A DNA stretch of 57,870 nucleotides from a virus (taxonomy: Duplodnaviria > Caudoviricetes): the IMG/VR virus record IMGVR_UViG_3300049489_000130, positions 1-57,870 of that record; one strand, given 5' to 3'. Shown here in pieces: positions 30,144 through 41,052 of the stretch. Positions within the stretch are counted from its first letter, which is position 1, and every line of letters starts with the position of its first letter. The translations under genes were made by a program, and so were the position numbers. A model generated the notes under the pieces. The model did no database searches, was not told where the DNA came from, and worked only from the letters and a program-made list of their open reading frames with translations.

Positions 30144-30965
30144 ATGACCAGACTTCTTTGGGATCAAGTCGGAGAAAGAACTTATGAAAGTGGTGTCGAC
30201 CGAGGCGTTTTGTATCTTCTTGATGGTACGGGCGTACCTTGGAATGGGCTCATCTCCGTAAACGAAACGATCTCCACCTCTGTTTCCCCGGTCTATTTCG
30301 ATGGCAACAAGTACAATGAAATAATTTCTTCTGGTAACTACGCGGCCAAACTCAGAGCTTATACTTACCCAGACGAGTTCTCGGTATTCGAAGGTGTTTA
30401 TGATGATACCTCTGGATTCTCTGTGGCAGACCAACCGCCAACTCGCTTTCATCTCTCATACAGAACTAAAGTAAACAGCGATGTAGAGGGTGAAGCGCAA
30501 GCATACAAGATTCATATTTTGTATAATGTAACAGCGGTTCCTTCGACCAAGGCATATCAAACTGATTCTTTGACTGTCTCGCCGATTGAGTTTGAATGGG
30601 ATATTTCAGCGGTTCCATCAGAAGTGAGTGGCTTCAAACCCACCGCGCATATAATAATTGACAGCCGTAAGATAGAACCATTTCTCCTTGAGGATGTCGA
30701 AGAACTTCTCTATGGTAGCGATGATGTAGACCCAAGACTTCCTCTTGCCGAAGGGCTTGCGAAGTTCCTTCGTGATTGGGATCGTCTTATTATCACATCA
30801 ACAAGCGAAGGTATATGGACCGCATTTTCTATCAAAGATGGGTTCATCGAGATGCTCGACGAGACAACGTTTCAGATCAATAACGCTAATGCCGTATATT
30901 TGGATGCTGACACTTACGAAATTTCTAATACAGAACGAGAAGAGGTACAAATATGGCTACCGTAA
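30144..30965 (+). CDS. Second major-tail-protein paralog
   Basis: YESGVDRGVLY, WNGLISV and AYTYPDEF motifs shared with 22381-23271. Confidence 0.85.
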   Translation: MTRLLWDQVGERTYESGVDRGVLYLLDGTGVPWNGLISVNETISTSVSPVYFDGNKYNEIISSGNYAAKLRAYTYPDEFSVFEGVYDDTSGFSVADQPPTRFHLSYRTKVNSDVEGEAQAYKIHILYNVTAVPSTKAYQTDSLTVSPIEFEWDISAVPSEVSGFKPTAHIIIDSRKIEPFLLEDVEELLYGSDDVDPRLPLAEGLAKFLRDWDRLIITSTSEGIWTAFSIKDGFIEMLDETTFQINNANAVYLDADTYEISNTEREEVQIWLP

Positions 30966-31831
30966 CAAGCTTCACCGCAGCAAGAATGCTTGCTATGGAA
31001 GCAGACACCATCATTGATGGTAATGTTGTTGGCGACAACCTGATCCTTATCAAAAAGGACTCCAGCACTGTTGACGCGGGGAGCGTTCGTGGTCCTGTCG
31101 GCCCGCAAGGTCCCGATGGTAACCCCACAGGAACCATCATCATGGGCGGTTGGGCGGTTGCTCCGTCTGGGTATCTTCTTCTAAATGGTGCTACTGTTGT
31201 TGGAGGTACCGCGACATATGCTGCCCTTGCCGCAATGTATCCCTCTTGGGTTGTCGGACCAAACTTGGTTCTTCCGGATACTGCTGGAGTTGTTCCTCTT
31301 GGTGGGGCTACCCCGGGTGTTGTTTCAGGGTCGATGACTCACACACTGGTCGAAGCTAACCTGCCTTCGCATACACATAGCATTTCGGCACATACGCACC
31401 CTGTTCCTTCGCATACTCATACTACCCCAGATCACAGTCATGCTGGGCCTAGTCACACACACGGGGTAAACATAAACTCGGCTGGAATGGGATACGAACT
31501 TGTTTATCGTATTGCTACTGGCGGAGCAGGTTTCTGGACCGGTCGTGACACAGACGGTGACGGCAACTTCGATTCTTCTAACGGCGCGTATGTTGTTACG
31601 GGTATGCATGTGGATTACATTGGTGACCACGCGCACAACGTATCTGGTAACACCGGCTCTTCCGGGACAGGTTCGACGGGTGGGGCAAGTGATGGTAACA
31701 CTACATCCGGTACCTCTCTAACTACATCTAATAACACATCCGCATTGGTTACCGGTTCTGGTGCCGGAACTGGCACGGCAATCAACCACACCCCAAAGAA
31801 TCTCACGGTTCGATACGCAGTGAAGACCTGA
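30953..31831 (+). CDS. Tail collar / short fibre protein
   Basis: PTGTII..APSGYLLLNG collar motif; HxH repeats; collagen-like triplets. Confidence 0.75.
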   Translation: MATVTSFTAARMLAMEADTIIDGNVVGDNLILIKKDSSTVDAGSVRGPVGPQGPDGNPTGTIIMGGWAVAPSGYLLLNGATVVGGTATYAALAAMYPSWVVGPNLVLPDTAGVVPLGGATPGVVSGSMTHTLVEANLPSHTHSISAHTHPVPSHTHTTPDHSHAGPSHTHGVNINSAGMGYELVYRIATGGAGFWTGRDTDGDGNFDSSNGAYVVTGMHVDYIGDHAHNVSGNTGSSGTGSTGGASDGNTTSGTSLTTSNNTSALVTGSGAGTGTAINHTPKNLTVRYAVKT

Positions 31832-31845
31832 TTCTAGGAGGCATT

Positions 31846-32223
31846 GTGATTAGGATTAATCAGTCTGGTTCTTTCAAAAAGACCATGACGTCTCTGAACG
31901 CAATGTCTCGAATTGGTCTATACTCAGATTTGGACAGATACGGCAAAATGGGAGTAGATGCTTTAGCGAAAGCGACTCCTTCCGAAAGCGGATTAACCGC
32001 CAAATCTTGGGGATACCGTATTTACCGTAACAGAAATTCTACAGGTATCGAATGGTATAACTCCAATGAAAACAACGGAGTAAACATCGCCATACTTCTA
32101 CAGTATGGTCATGGTACTGGTACCGGAGGATATGTTTCCGGACAAGACTACATTAACCCAGCTATCCGACCGATATTCGATCGAATCGCGGAAGACGTTT
32201 GGAAGAAGGTGACCAGTGTCTAG
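31846..32223 (+). CDS. HK97 gp10-like tail completion protein
   Basis: ATP.ESG.T..SW, LQYGHGT and YINPA motifs. Confidence 0.75.
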   Translation: MIRINQSGSFKKTMTSLNAMSRIGLYSDLDRYGKMGVDALAKATPSESGLTAKSWGYRIYRNRNSTGIEWYNSNENNGVNIAILLQYGHGTGTGGYVSGQDYINPAIRPIFDRIAEDVWKKVTSV

Positions 32224-35200
32224 TGTAGACAACAAAATCGTATCGATGCAGTTCGACAATGCTGCATTTGAGTCCAAGATTTCCGCGACAATAAAAAGTC
32301 TGGACGCCCTTACCAAAAGTCTTGATATGGCCAGCACCAAGAAAGGTCTCGAAGATCTTTCCACGGCGACTAAAGGGTTTAATGTTGGTGATATGACCTC
32401 GGCTATCGAGGGTGTTAGTAACAAGTTCCTTGCTCTTTCGACTATTGGTATCACCGCTTTAGCAAACATCACAACGAAAGCCATTGCCACTGGCGCCCAG
32501 TTGGTCAAGTCACTTACTCTCGAACCCGTCATGCAGGGGTTCCAAGAGTATGAAACAAACATGAACTCCATCCAGACCATCCTGGCTAACACGGATAGTA
32601 AGGGCACGACGCTCGAGCAGGTCAATGCCGCTCTTGATCAGTTGAATACCTATTCTGACCAAACGATCTACAACTTCGCCGAGATGGCGAGGAACATCGG
32701 TACCTTCACGGCTGCCGGTGTGGATCTGGATACGTCAGTCAACTCGATTAAGGGTATCGCTAACCTTGCCGCTATCTCGGGTTCAAACTCGATGCAGGCT
32801 TCGACGGCGATGTATCAGCTCTCGCAGGCAATCGCTACCGGTTCTGTAAAGCTCATGGACTGGAACTCGGTTGTCAATGCCGGTATGGGTGGCGAAGTTT
32901 TCCAGAAAGCTTTGTTCGAAACCGGTAAGTCTCTCGGGACGATCAAAGATACTCCAATCGATACGACGTTTGAACAATGGACCGATGCTGGTAACTCCTT
33001 CCGAGGCTCGCTCGAGTCAGGATGGTTGACCGCCGACGTCCTGACGAACACGCTTCAGGGTTTCACTGGCGACTTAACTGCCGCACAACTTATGGCCCTT
33101 GGGTACACCGAGGCTCAGGCCCAGGAAATGCTTCGTCTCGGAGCGCTGGGTAAATCGGCTGCTACGGAAGTCAAGACACTCACGCAGCTTCTGAGTACAG
33201 TCAAGGAAAGTGTTGCTTCGGGTTGGTCGGCTTCATTCCGACTCATATTTGGCGACTTTGAAGAGGCAAAAGAACTCTTCACTGGCATCAACAATGCTAT
33301 TGGTGGGTTCGTATCCGCCTCTGCCGATGCACGTAACGCGCTTCTTCAGGGTTGGAAGGACATGGGTGGGCGTACGCTCCTCATCACAGCTCTCAAGAAC
33401 GCATTTTATGCGCTTGGTCAAATTCTCACACCAATCAAAGAGGCATTCCGTTCTGTCTTTCCAAAGACAACGTCAGAGGAGTTGTTCACTCTCACCCAAC
33501 GGATTGCCCTTCTAGCACAAAAGCTTATTCCAGCTCAAGAAACCATTGAGAATTTGAAGTCTGGTTTCCAGGGTTTCTTCTATGCCATAAAGATTGGTAT
33601 GGAAGTACTCAAGGGTATCGCTCGAGTTATCGGTGACGTTATTGATGCTATTATTCCCGAAGGAGCCGGTGGCGGCCTTCTCGAATTCTTTGGTGAATTT
33701 GGTCGGACCATCACAAACTTTTATGGCACCCTCCTTGCCACTCAGGCTATTCCTGAATTCTTCGAGAGGGTTAGCACGGCACTCACCAACGTCGTAACTT
33801 TTATTCAGGAAAGTATATCGGCATTCAAGGAGTTCTTTACTTCGATCGATATTGGAGAATTGGATTCGCTTGGTAGTGCATTCGACCGTATTAGAGATCG
33901 CTTCGCAAATATATTCTCATTTGACATTGATTTCGGAGCTATGCTTGGGCCGTTCGAAGGTCTATTTGAAGCGATCAAGGGCGTCTTCGAGGATATTTGG
34001 ACATACATTAAAGATTGGTTTGCTGATCTCGGTGATGATATGGCCGCGGCGACGGAAGAGGGCGATTACTCCAAGGTTCTTGATACTCTCAACGTAGCAT
34101 TACTCGGAGGAATTGTCGGGCTTCTTGCCAGCATAAAGAAGGGTCTGAAGATTGATTTTGGGGACGGTCTCTTTGGGCCGGGTGTTGTTGAGAGTATCAA
34201 TGATACGTTTGGTGCTTTGAATAACCATCTCCAAGCACTTACTCTGAACGTCAAAGCCGAAGCACTTCTCAAACTCGCAGCCGCTCTGGCGCTTCTTACT
34301 GCGTCTGTGTTGGTGTTGTCACTCATTGACTCCGCCGCCTTGACTAAGGCTCTTGCTGCCATGGCGGTTGGGTTTGGACAACTTATTGGGTCAATGCTTC
34401 TTCTCACCAAGATGGATCTCGGACCCATGAGTGCGGCTAAGATGGCGTTGATGTCAGCGGGGCTTATTCTTCTTGCTGGCGCTATTCTTGTATTGTCGGT
34501 TGCCGTCAAGATTCTTTCTACGATGGATACGGCCGAATTGACTCGTGGTCTGGTTGCCGTAACTGTGTTGCTTGCTGCTCTCAGTGCTGCGGCTATTCCG
34601 CTGTCCGCCAACGCAAGTGGTCTTGTCCGAGCTGGTCTCGCTATGATTCCTCTGGCAATTGCATTGAATCTTCTGGCTGTAGCTATGAAGATATTTGCAA
34701 CGATGTCCTGGGAAGAGATGGCTAAGGGTTTGGTTGCTGTTGGCGGAAGTCTTCTTCTCATCGCAGCGGCAATGCAACTCATGCCGGCCAACATGCCTCT
34801 TACGGCAGCAGGACTTGTTCTTGTCGGTGGGGCGCTTAATCTTATTGCCGCGTCTATGCTTCTCTTTGCCACTATGGATTGGGAAGATATTGGTAAGGGT
34901 ATTGTCGGTGTCGCCGGAGGTTTGCTTGCTATCGCATTGGCAATGAACTTAATGCCTGTTACGCTTCCTATTACAGCGTCCGGGCTTGTTCTTGTCGGTG
35001 TAGCACTCGGCCTTATTGCCGGAGCGATGATGCTCATTGCAGACATGTCCTGGGAAGAGATTGGGCGAGGTCTTGCCGGCATGGCAGGCGCATTGCTTGT
35101 TCTTGCCGTGGCGACAGCGGCTATGACTGGGTCTATTGTCGGTGCAGCAGCACTCGGTATCGTAACCCTTGCGTTGTTTGGGCTGGTACGAGTTGTCAAA

Positions 35201-36991
35201 GAGTTCTCCGGTCTTAGTTTGAAAGAACTCGGGATTGGGCTTCTCGGAATGGCGGCAACTCTAGCGGTTCTTGCTGCAGCAGCACTTCTTCTCGGCCCCG
35301 CCATCGGCCCAATGCTTGCTCTTGGAGCGGCGTTGTTTGTCATTGGCGCAGGCTTTGCGTTGTTTGGTGTTGGTGTTTCAGGAATTGCAAAAGCATTTGA
35401 GATTCTGGCTAAAGCTGGAGCAGCAGGCGCAGAAGCATTTGTTGCTGCTTTGGATGTCATGCTCAAATGGTTGCCAAAGATTGCGACCGCGCTTGCTCAG
35501 GCCATATTGGACTTTGCTGCTACGTTCCTTGAAGGTCTACCGGTTATTGTTACGGCGCTCGGCGTTTTGATCGAGCAGATTCTCGACACGTTTATTACAC
35601 TAATCCCCAAAATAGGAGAAGTTGTTAGTAAATATGTCGCTGAATTCCTTCGGGTTATTCGTGAGGCGTCGCCCGATATCATCGCGACAGGCATTAAACT
35701 AGTCAAGGATTTCCTAACGGCTATTCGTGATAACATCGAAGAGATTGTTACTCTTGGTCTTGAGATCATCACGACTTTCCTCCAGGGTATTGCCGACAAT
35801 ATCGACGAAGTCATCGCTGCTGGCACGAACTTGATTGTCGAATTCATCAAGGGCATTGGTAACGCATATGTAGATATTGTTGCCGCTGGCGCTCAGATGA
35901 TTGCCGATATTATTACTGGTATTGGTCAGGCAGCAGAAGATATTGTTGCCGCTGGTGCTAATGCTATCATCAGCTTCCTTGAAGGTGTTGCGTCAAATGT
36001 CGTCAAGGTTGTAGAGGCCGGTTTCCAAATTGTCATTGACATGCTCAATGGTCTGGCTGACAGTATTGAGAGAAACCGTGGTGCACTTGCTGCCGCCGGA
36101 TTCAACGTATTGGACGCTATATTTGGTGGCGTTCTGTCCCGAGCAATTGGGGTCTTTGAATGGTTTACCAACCTTCCAGGAGCAATACTTGGAAAGATTG
36201 CCAACTTTGCCGAGACCTTTGCCGAAAAAGGTAGAGATCTCATTCGTGGAATCTGGACGGGTATTGTTGAGAGATGGGCTGGCGTTCGGGATTGGTTCGC
36301 TGGGCTGGATGATCTTATCTTGGAGAAGATCGGTGATCTAGGCGACCTTCTTTACAACGTCGGTAAGGCAATTATCCAAGGTCTTTGGGACGGTATGAAA
36401 TGGCTTTGGGACCACGGTCCTGCTGGCTGGATCAAGGGTCTCGGAGGCTGGATTGAAGACCATAAAGGTCCTCTCGCATACGACAAAGTCATGCTCTTTG
36501 AGAATGGTAAAGCCATAATGCAGGGATTGTATAATGGTATGCAGGAAGGCTGGCAAGACGGAGCAGATTGGGTAGATGGTCTTGGGGACGCAATTATATC
36601 TAGTATAGATGTCGACCCTAATGACCTTACTCGTCCTCTTACCCAAGCACTCAATGCCGTCGTGGACCGTCTTGGTGATGTTGAGGAATTCAACCCGACA
36701 ATAACCCCAGTTCTCGATCTGAGTAATATTCAGAGAGATGCCAAGACAATTGGCGGTTTGTTGGGGGGTTCCTCAATCGGGGCCGAAGTATCGCTCAATC
36801 AGGCCAGAGTTATATCTAGTGCCACGGAGGCCCAGCGGGTCGAATCAGACCTCGCTACGGCTAACACAGGACCCTCTGAGGTCAAGTTTGAGCAGAACAT
36901 ATTCTCTCCCACGGCACTTTCTACCAATGATATTTACCGACAGACACGTAGCCAAATTGCACTAGCGAAGTTGGAATTGGAGATCCCATGA
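32216..36991 (+). CDS. Tape measure protein
   Basis: 1591 aa, Ala/Gly/Leu-rich helical repeats, tape-measure domain, hydrophobic middle. Confidence 0.95.
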   Translation: MSSVDNKIVSMQFDNAAFESKISATIKSLDALTKSLDMASTKKGLEDLSTATKGFNVGDMTSAIEGVSNKFLALSTIGITALANITTKAIATGAQLVKSLTLEPVMQGFQEYETNMNSIQTILANTDSKGTTLEQVNAALDQLNTYSDQTIYNFAEMARNIGTFTAAGVDLDTSVNSIKGIANLAAISGSNSMQASTAMYQLSQAIATGSVKLMDWNSVVNAGMGGEVFQKALFETGKSLGTIKDTPIDTTFEQWTDAGNSFRGSLESGWLTADVLTNTLQGFTGDLTAAQLMALGYTEAQAQEMLRLGALGKSAATEVKTLTQLLSTVKESVASGWSASFRLIFGDFEEAKELFTGINNAIGGFVSASADARNALLQGWKDMGGRTLLITALKNAFYALGQILTPIKEAFRSVFPKTTSEELFTLTQRIALLAQKLIPAQETIENLKSGFQGFFYAIKIGMEVLKGIARVIGDVIDAIIPEGAGGGLLEFFGEFGRTITNFYGTLLATQAIPEFFERVSTALTNVVTFIQESISAFKEFFTSIDIGELDSLGSAFDRIRDRFANIFSFDIDFGAMLGPFEGLFEAIKGVFEDIWTYIKDWFADLGDDMAAATEEGDYSKVLDTLNVALLGGIVGLLASIKKGLKIDFGDGLFGPGVVESINDTFGALNNHLQALTLNVKAEALLKLAAALALLTASVLVLSLIDSAALTKALAAMAVGFGQLIGSMLLLTKMDLGPMSAAKMALMSAGLILLAGAILVLSVAVKILSTMDTAELTRGLVAVTVLLAALSAAAIPLSANASGLVRAGLAMIPLAIALNLLAVAMKIFATMSWEEMAKGLVAVGGSLLLIAAAMQLMPANMPLTAAGLVLVGGALNLIAASMLLFATMDWEDIGKGIVGVAGGLLAIALAMNLMPVTLPITASGLVLVGVALGLIAGAMMLIADMSWEEIGRGLAGMAGALLVLAVATAAMTGSIVGAAALGIVTLALFGLVRVVKEFSGLSLKELGIGLLGMAATLAVLAAAALLLGPAIGPMLALGAALFVIGAGFALFGVGVSGIAKAFEILAKAGAAGAEAFVAALDVMLKWLPKIATALAQAILDFAATFLEGLPVIVTALGVLIEQILDTFITLIPKIGEVVSKYVAEFLRVIREASPDIIATGIKLVKDFLTAIRDNIEEIVTLGLEIITTFLQGIADNIDEVIAAGTNLIVEFIKGIGNAYVDIVAAGAQMIADIITGIGQAAEDIVAAGANAIISFLEGVASNVVKVVEAGFQIVIDMLNGLADSIERNRGALAAAGFNVLDAIFGGVLSRAIGVFEWFTNLPGAILGKIANFAETFAEKGRDLIRGIWTGIVERWAGVRDWFAGLDDLILEKIGDLGDLLYNVGKAIIQGLWDGMKWLWDHGPAGWIKGLGGWIEDHKGPLAYDKVMLFENGKAIMQGLYNGMQEGWQDGADWVDGLGDAIISSIDVDPNDLTRPLTQALNAVVDRLGDVEEFNPTITPVLDLSNIQRDAKTIGGLLGGSSIGAEVSLNQARVISSATEAQRVESDLATANTGPSEVKFEQNIFSPTALSTNDIYRQTRSQIALAKLELEIP

Positions 36992-37836
36992 GGATTACAA
37001 ACATAGGTTTATATTCTAATAACTTTCAGGTGGCTAACTTCAACTTTAGGGACCCTGAGACGATTAATCCCTATGTGATCCAAGGTATATTTGGTTTGGA
37101 CGCCGATGAGATCGTTCCGAAGTTTTACGGATTTTCTACTACCTCAAAAATACGCCAGTATGATATGACTCTTCCGAAAAGGGAGATCACTATTCGTATA
37201 GCGTTGATCCCACAACCTGGGACGGGTAAGACATATTCGGATCTTCGGGACGATCTCTATCGTGCGATTTCTTCGTCACGATCGGGTCTGATCGAGTTGA
37301 AGTTTAACAACCGTTCTGCTACGATTGCCACGACAACCGGATTCATTACCAAATTTGAAGCAGCGCTTTCGACAAAACAACCTGAAGTGCAGATCACGAT
37401 AAAATGTGTAGATGCAATGCTCAAAGGACCTTCGGCTGTTGAAGTTGACACGGTTTTGATTGGGAACTCATTTACCATCGTCGATAACATCTCGACGGCC
37501 CCTCATGGTATGACCATGCAACTGGCCTTCACGGCAGACACGACCGACATAGTCATAAAAGACGTAACTACCCCAGAGTGGTCCTTCACGATTACTCCTG
37601 GGGATGTTGCTGGAGGTACGGGTTTTAAAAGTGGTGATGTTTTAACACTCTCGAGTGAATCCAACGCCAAAGAATTATATATCACAAGAAGTAGCGTCGA
37701 TTATTACCTCGTAGACAAGATTCTAAGCGGTTCCACCTGGCCATGCATATTTCCCGGAGCTAATAATTTCGAGATTGTGACCGGAACATTCACCTGGAAT
37801 TTCATTAAATATTGGCAAACGTTCTGGGGGATTTAA
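36988..37836 (+). CDS. Distal tail (Dit-like) protein
   Basis: Follows the tape measure gene; PGANNF C-terminal motif. Confidence 0.75.
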   Translation: MRITNIGLYSNNFQVANFNFRDPETINPYVIQGIFGLDADEIVPKFYGFSTTSKIRQYDMTLPKREITIRIALIPQPGTGKTYSDLRDDLYRAISSSRSGLIELKFNNRSATIATTTGFITKFEAALSTKQPEVQITIKCVDAMLKGPSAVEVDTVLIGNSFTIVDNISTAPHGMTMQLAFTADTTDIVIKDVTTPEWSFTITPGDVAGGTGFKSGDVLTLSSESNAKELYITRSSVDYYLVDKILSGSTWPCIFPGANNFEIVTGTFTWNFIKYWQTFWGI

Positions 37837-37837
37837 T

Positions 37838-39616
37838 ATGGATCTATTCAAATTCGTCAAAACTGGAAGTGGGCCAAGTACTGTTGGTGAAGGTGAAGTA
37901 ATAAACGACTTAAAGTCTAAGTTGTGGATAGAGCGATATCGAGAAGCCGGCGAGTTCAAACTTACTGCCGGATTGGAATCTGATATTCGTAATAAACTTC
38001 CGGAGGGAACGCTTATCTCTCATGTTGATACTCGGGAGATCATGGTCGTCGAAAACCATCAAATTGTCGAGAATGCTGAAGATGGTGAATCCGAAATAGT
38101 TGTTACCGGAAGAAGTTTAGAGACTTTTCTAGAACAGAGAATCATTGGAGCTAACAGAGCATGGCCAGCAGTATCCGGTTCAACTCCACCAACATATTCT
38201 TTGTCCTCTGCATACACGTGGCTTCAAACTCAATCTTTGGTAAATACATATATTCGGCCTTCACTTCTTGTTGATAATAACGATATTCTCCCTGAAGTTG
38301 AAGTTGTTGTTGACGCTTCTCTTTCTGGAGCTACCGGTATTCAAGAGGTTAGAACTCTGAATCGTAAAGAAGACGTTTACAAAACGGCTTTAGGGTTACT
38401 TGAAGTTGATGACTTAGGCATCAAGGTTCTTCGACCGGATGCTACATCACCGGCATATAGGGATTTCGAAGCAACTTACAGTCTTACTGTCGTTGCGCCC
38501 GAGACGGTACATGGTCAATGGCCTAACTTCTTTTTCAGATGCCAAAATACCGCGTCTATTGGCGCGCAGGGTCCAAGAAGTTCCTATTCTTTAGAGCTCG
38601 ACCTTGTTTCCAATAAACTGGATTTTATTCGGAGAGGTTCTGCCGGAAATAATGTTTCTATAGCTAACACTTCTGGAACTTTAGACGGCGTAACGCTTGG
38701 AACGGATGCCACAAAGCGTAATTACCGAGTAACAATGGTCGGAACGACAATGATGGCTAAGTGGTGGCATGACGGTAATCCAGAGCCAGTTAATTGGATG
38801 CTTGAAGCAACAGATACAAACTACACTTATGGTGCTATCGGTCTTTTCTCTGTTAGTAACGTGCCTTTGAGTAGCGATCTGCCTGTGTCTAAACACAGAT
38901 ATGACAATATGGTAATAAGTTGTCCTCCAGGAAATCCTATATTTTCCGAAACGTGGACTGGAACTGACGGCGCTGCATGGGATTCCTCAAAATGGGGAGA
39001 CTACCTTGAAACCGTTTCTCAGTCAACCTATACGATTCAATCAAATAGCGGCGAATTAGCCGTTGGGCGAAATCAGATCGTAGCAAAAGTGACAACGCCA
39101 AAAATACCATATACCGTTTTAAACATCCACAAAGGCGTTGACAAATCGAAAAACGTTATGTTTTCATATGGTGCCGGAGACATATCAGCCGCTGAGTATC
39201 TGTGGAGTATCAAGAAATTGAAGACTTCCGCTTTGGTCAGTGGTAAATGGGTTGAAGTTATGATACACGGGTCGCAAGTGGGGTATGACCGTCGCGTTAT
39301 GTTTGTGGATGCTTCGGATCTTGATGATTCTCTTTCCGCATCTCCTACTGGTGGAACTTGGACGGATATCGAAACGAAAATGACCATTAGGGGAAGAGAA
39401 GCATTGGCCGCACAGAAAGCGGTTTCAATAGCTAGTGTACAGATTTCTCCAAATGCGAATCGGTATAAATATCGTCAGGATTATGACGTTGGCGACCTTG
39501 TTGCTGTTGATGGTAATTACGACACCTCTAGCATCATGCGAGTTACAGAACACGTGGAAATTGAAGACGAACGCGGTAACAACAGTTACCCAACGCTATC
39601 TGCGATAGAGAGTTGA
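37838..39616 (+). CDS. Baseplate hub / Tal-like (ReqiPepy6 Gp37-like) protein with inserted lectin-like domain
   Basis: WIERY..GEF, VTGRSLE and YRQDYDVGDLV motifs; central insertion with AKWW..PEP..W. Confidence 0.75.
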   Translation: MDLFKFVKTGSGPSTVGEGEVINDLKSKLWIERYREAGEFKLTAGLESDIRNKLPEGTLISHVDTREIMVVENHQIVENAEDGESEIVVTGRSLETFLEQRIIGANRAWPAVSGSTPPTYSLSSAYTWLQTQSLVNTYIRPSLLVDNNDILPEVEVVVDASLSGATGIQEVRTLNRKEDVYKTALGLLEVDDLGIKVLRPDATSPAYRDFEATYSLTVVAPETVHGQWPNFFFRCQNTASIGAQGPRSSYSLELDLVSNKLDFIRRGSAGNNVSIANTSGTLDGVTLGTDATKRNYRVTMVGTTMMAKWWHDGNPEPVNWMLEATDTNYTYGAIGLFSVSNVPLSSDLPVSKHRYDNMVISCPPGNPIFSETWTGTDGAAWDSSKWGDYLETVSQSTYTIQSNSGELAVGRNQIVAKVTTPKIPYTVLNIHKGVDKSKNVMFSYGAGDISAAEYLWSIKKLKTSALVSGKWVEVMIHGSQVGYDRRVMFVDASDLDDSLSASPTGGTWTDIETKMTIRGREALAAQKAVSIASVQISPNANRYKYRQDYDVGDLVAVDGNYDTSSIMRVTEHVEIEDERGNNSYPTLSAIES

Positions 39617-39617
39617 T

Positions 39618-40010
39618 ATGTTAGCCATAGAATTCGTCTACATGACGACATTTCTTACAAGACTCACTTCTCTAATCGTCGCAACTGTTAGTATAGTTAG
39701 CTTATATAGAACTATAATTCTTAGGCGACGATTAGGCGTGACTATACCGTGGGCCATGACCATTTTTACTATATTTTGGTTATTGGTCATAAGCGTTGCA
39801 ACTTTTTCTGCGATGCTCATATCACCTAAACCAATTGCTGGAGGTTTATACATAACAGTTCTTGGTGCAGGATATACATGGTCTATAGCTGGAATGGCTT
39901 GGCATATTTTGTATTTTGTAAAGCATGCATCAGAAAAGATGTTGATACCAATTACAAAGCTAGCCGACACTCTTGTTACTATCGAAAAGGAAGCGCGCGG
40001 TAAGACATGA
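39618..40010 (+). CDS. Membrane protein
   Basis: Three hydrophobic segments. Confidence 0.7.
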   Translation: MLAIEFVYMTTFLTRLTSLIVATVSIVSLYRTIILRRRLGVTIPWAMTIFTIFWLLVISVATFSAMLISPKPIAGGLYITVLGAGYTWSIAGMAWHILYFVKHASEKMLIPITKLADTLVTIEKEARGKT

Positions 40011-40306
40011 CACCAGCTATGTGGGCCGCAATCGCCGCTTTACTTGGACCTATCCTATTATTCATAACATATCTAATGTCTCGAAAGCAGACAAGTCGTA
40101 CGTTTATGTCGGATCTCATGACAGCACAAATCAATAGTGCTTTATCGACGACAGAGACAATGCGTACACTTTTAGAACCATTAGAGTCTGAAATATCAGA
40201 TTTGAGACAAGAGATAGTTATATTACGAAATCACATAACAGTTTTAGAAGCCAAGATTGTAGAACTAGGCCACCAACCACCAGAATTTCCATATTCAAGT
40301 TACTAG
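40007..40306 (+). CDS. Membrane-anchored coiled-coil protein (lysis region)
   Basis: N-terminal TM segment plus heptad C-terminus. Confidence 0.7.
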   Translation: MTPAMWAAIAALLGPILLFITYLMSRKQTSRTFMSDLMTAQINSALSTTETMRTLLEPLESEISDLRQEIVILRNHITVLEAKIVELGHQPPEFPYSSY

Positions 40307-40318
40307 AAACGAGTAATC

Positions 40319-40693
40319 ATGACTGATTCCAACACAGATTCGACTCCTCTGTTGAGTGATAAGAACTATAATTTAATGAAAACCTTTGTGCAGCTCTGGC
40401 TCCCGGCCTTTGCTACGCTGTACATGACGGTCGCAACTATTTGGGGATTACCAAATCCTCAAGGTGTTGTGGCTACTATTGTGGCCATTACGACCTTCTT
40501 GGGTATCGTGTTGCGGATCAGCACGAAATCGTATGAGAATAGCGGGGTTGGTAATGTAGGTACGCTTGTTGTATCGAATCCTACTCCCGATTCGCTCTCA
40601 TACAGTCTCGAACTGAATGGCGATCCTGCAGACTTGCAGTTCAAGGATTCGGTTACTTTTAAGGTGGCAAACGCGCCCACAGTTTCGGAATAG
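40319..40693 (+). CDS. Holin
   Basis: LSDKNY, LPAFATLY, WGLP and TFLG.VL.IS two-TM holin pattern. Confidence 0.8.
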   Translation: MTDSNTDSTPLLSDKNYNLMKTFVQLWLPAFATLYMTVATIWGLPNPQGVVATIVAITTFLGIVLRISTKSYENSGVGNVGTLVVSNPTPDSLSYSLELNGDPADLQFKDSVTFKVANAPTVSE

Positions 40694-40698
40694 GTCTC

Positions 40699-40726
40699 TC
40701 GCAAAGCGAACATCGCTTATAATGAG
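40699..40726 (+). promoter_or_regulatory. Cassette promoter motif, copy 1
   Basis: TCGCA AAGCGA ACAT CGCT TATAAT GAG. Confidence 0.85.
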
Positions 40727-40747
40727 AACCTACCGAAAGGATTTATA

Positions 40748-41035
40748 ATGATCGGAAGATCTGAAACGACAGAGTCAGTCAAGCTGAACTTTGCCATCAA
40801 TCGCGTATTGGACGATATGGACACATATGGCCCGGACGCCCCGGAATACCCCGCACTGCTTGCCAGCCTGGAAAGGCTGACCGAACTGAGAACGACATCA
40901 CGTTCCGCTCGAGTCAGCCCTGACACCATGGCGATTGTCGCTGGGAACCTCCTCGGCATCCTTGTCATTGTAGCATACGAACATACGCACGTTGTGGTAT
41001 CGAAGAGCTTGCCGCTGCTTCTGAAGACAAGATAA
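40748..41035 (+). CDS. Cassette 1 cargo: small membrane protein
   Basis: GAAAGGA RBS; C-terminal TM segment. Confidence 0.75.
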   Translation: MIGRSETTESVKLNFAINRVLDDMDTYGPDAPEYPALLASLERLTELRTTSRSARVSPDTMAIVAGNLLGILVIVAYEHTHVVVSKSLPLLLKTR

Positions 41036-41052
41036 CCGTCACGTAACCAAAC

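Noticed and set aside
34066-35466. Long minus-strand ORFs (also 9756-10628, 20395-21228, 19687-20370)
   Set aside because: Antisense shadows of strongly coding genes with no recognisable motifs
40722-40748. ATG inside TATAATGAG as a conserved leaderless uORF start
   Set aside because: The resulting frames differ in length and phase between cassettes
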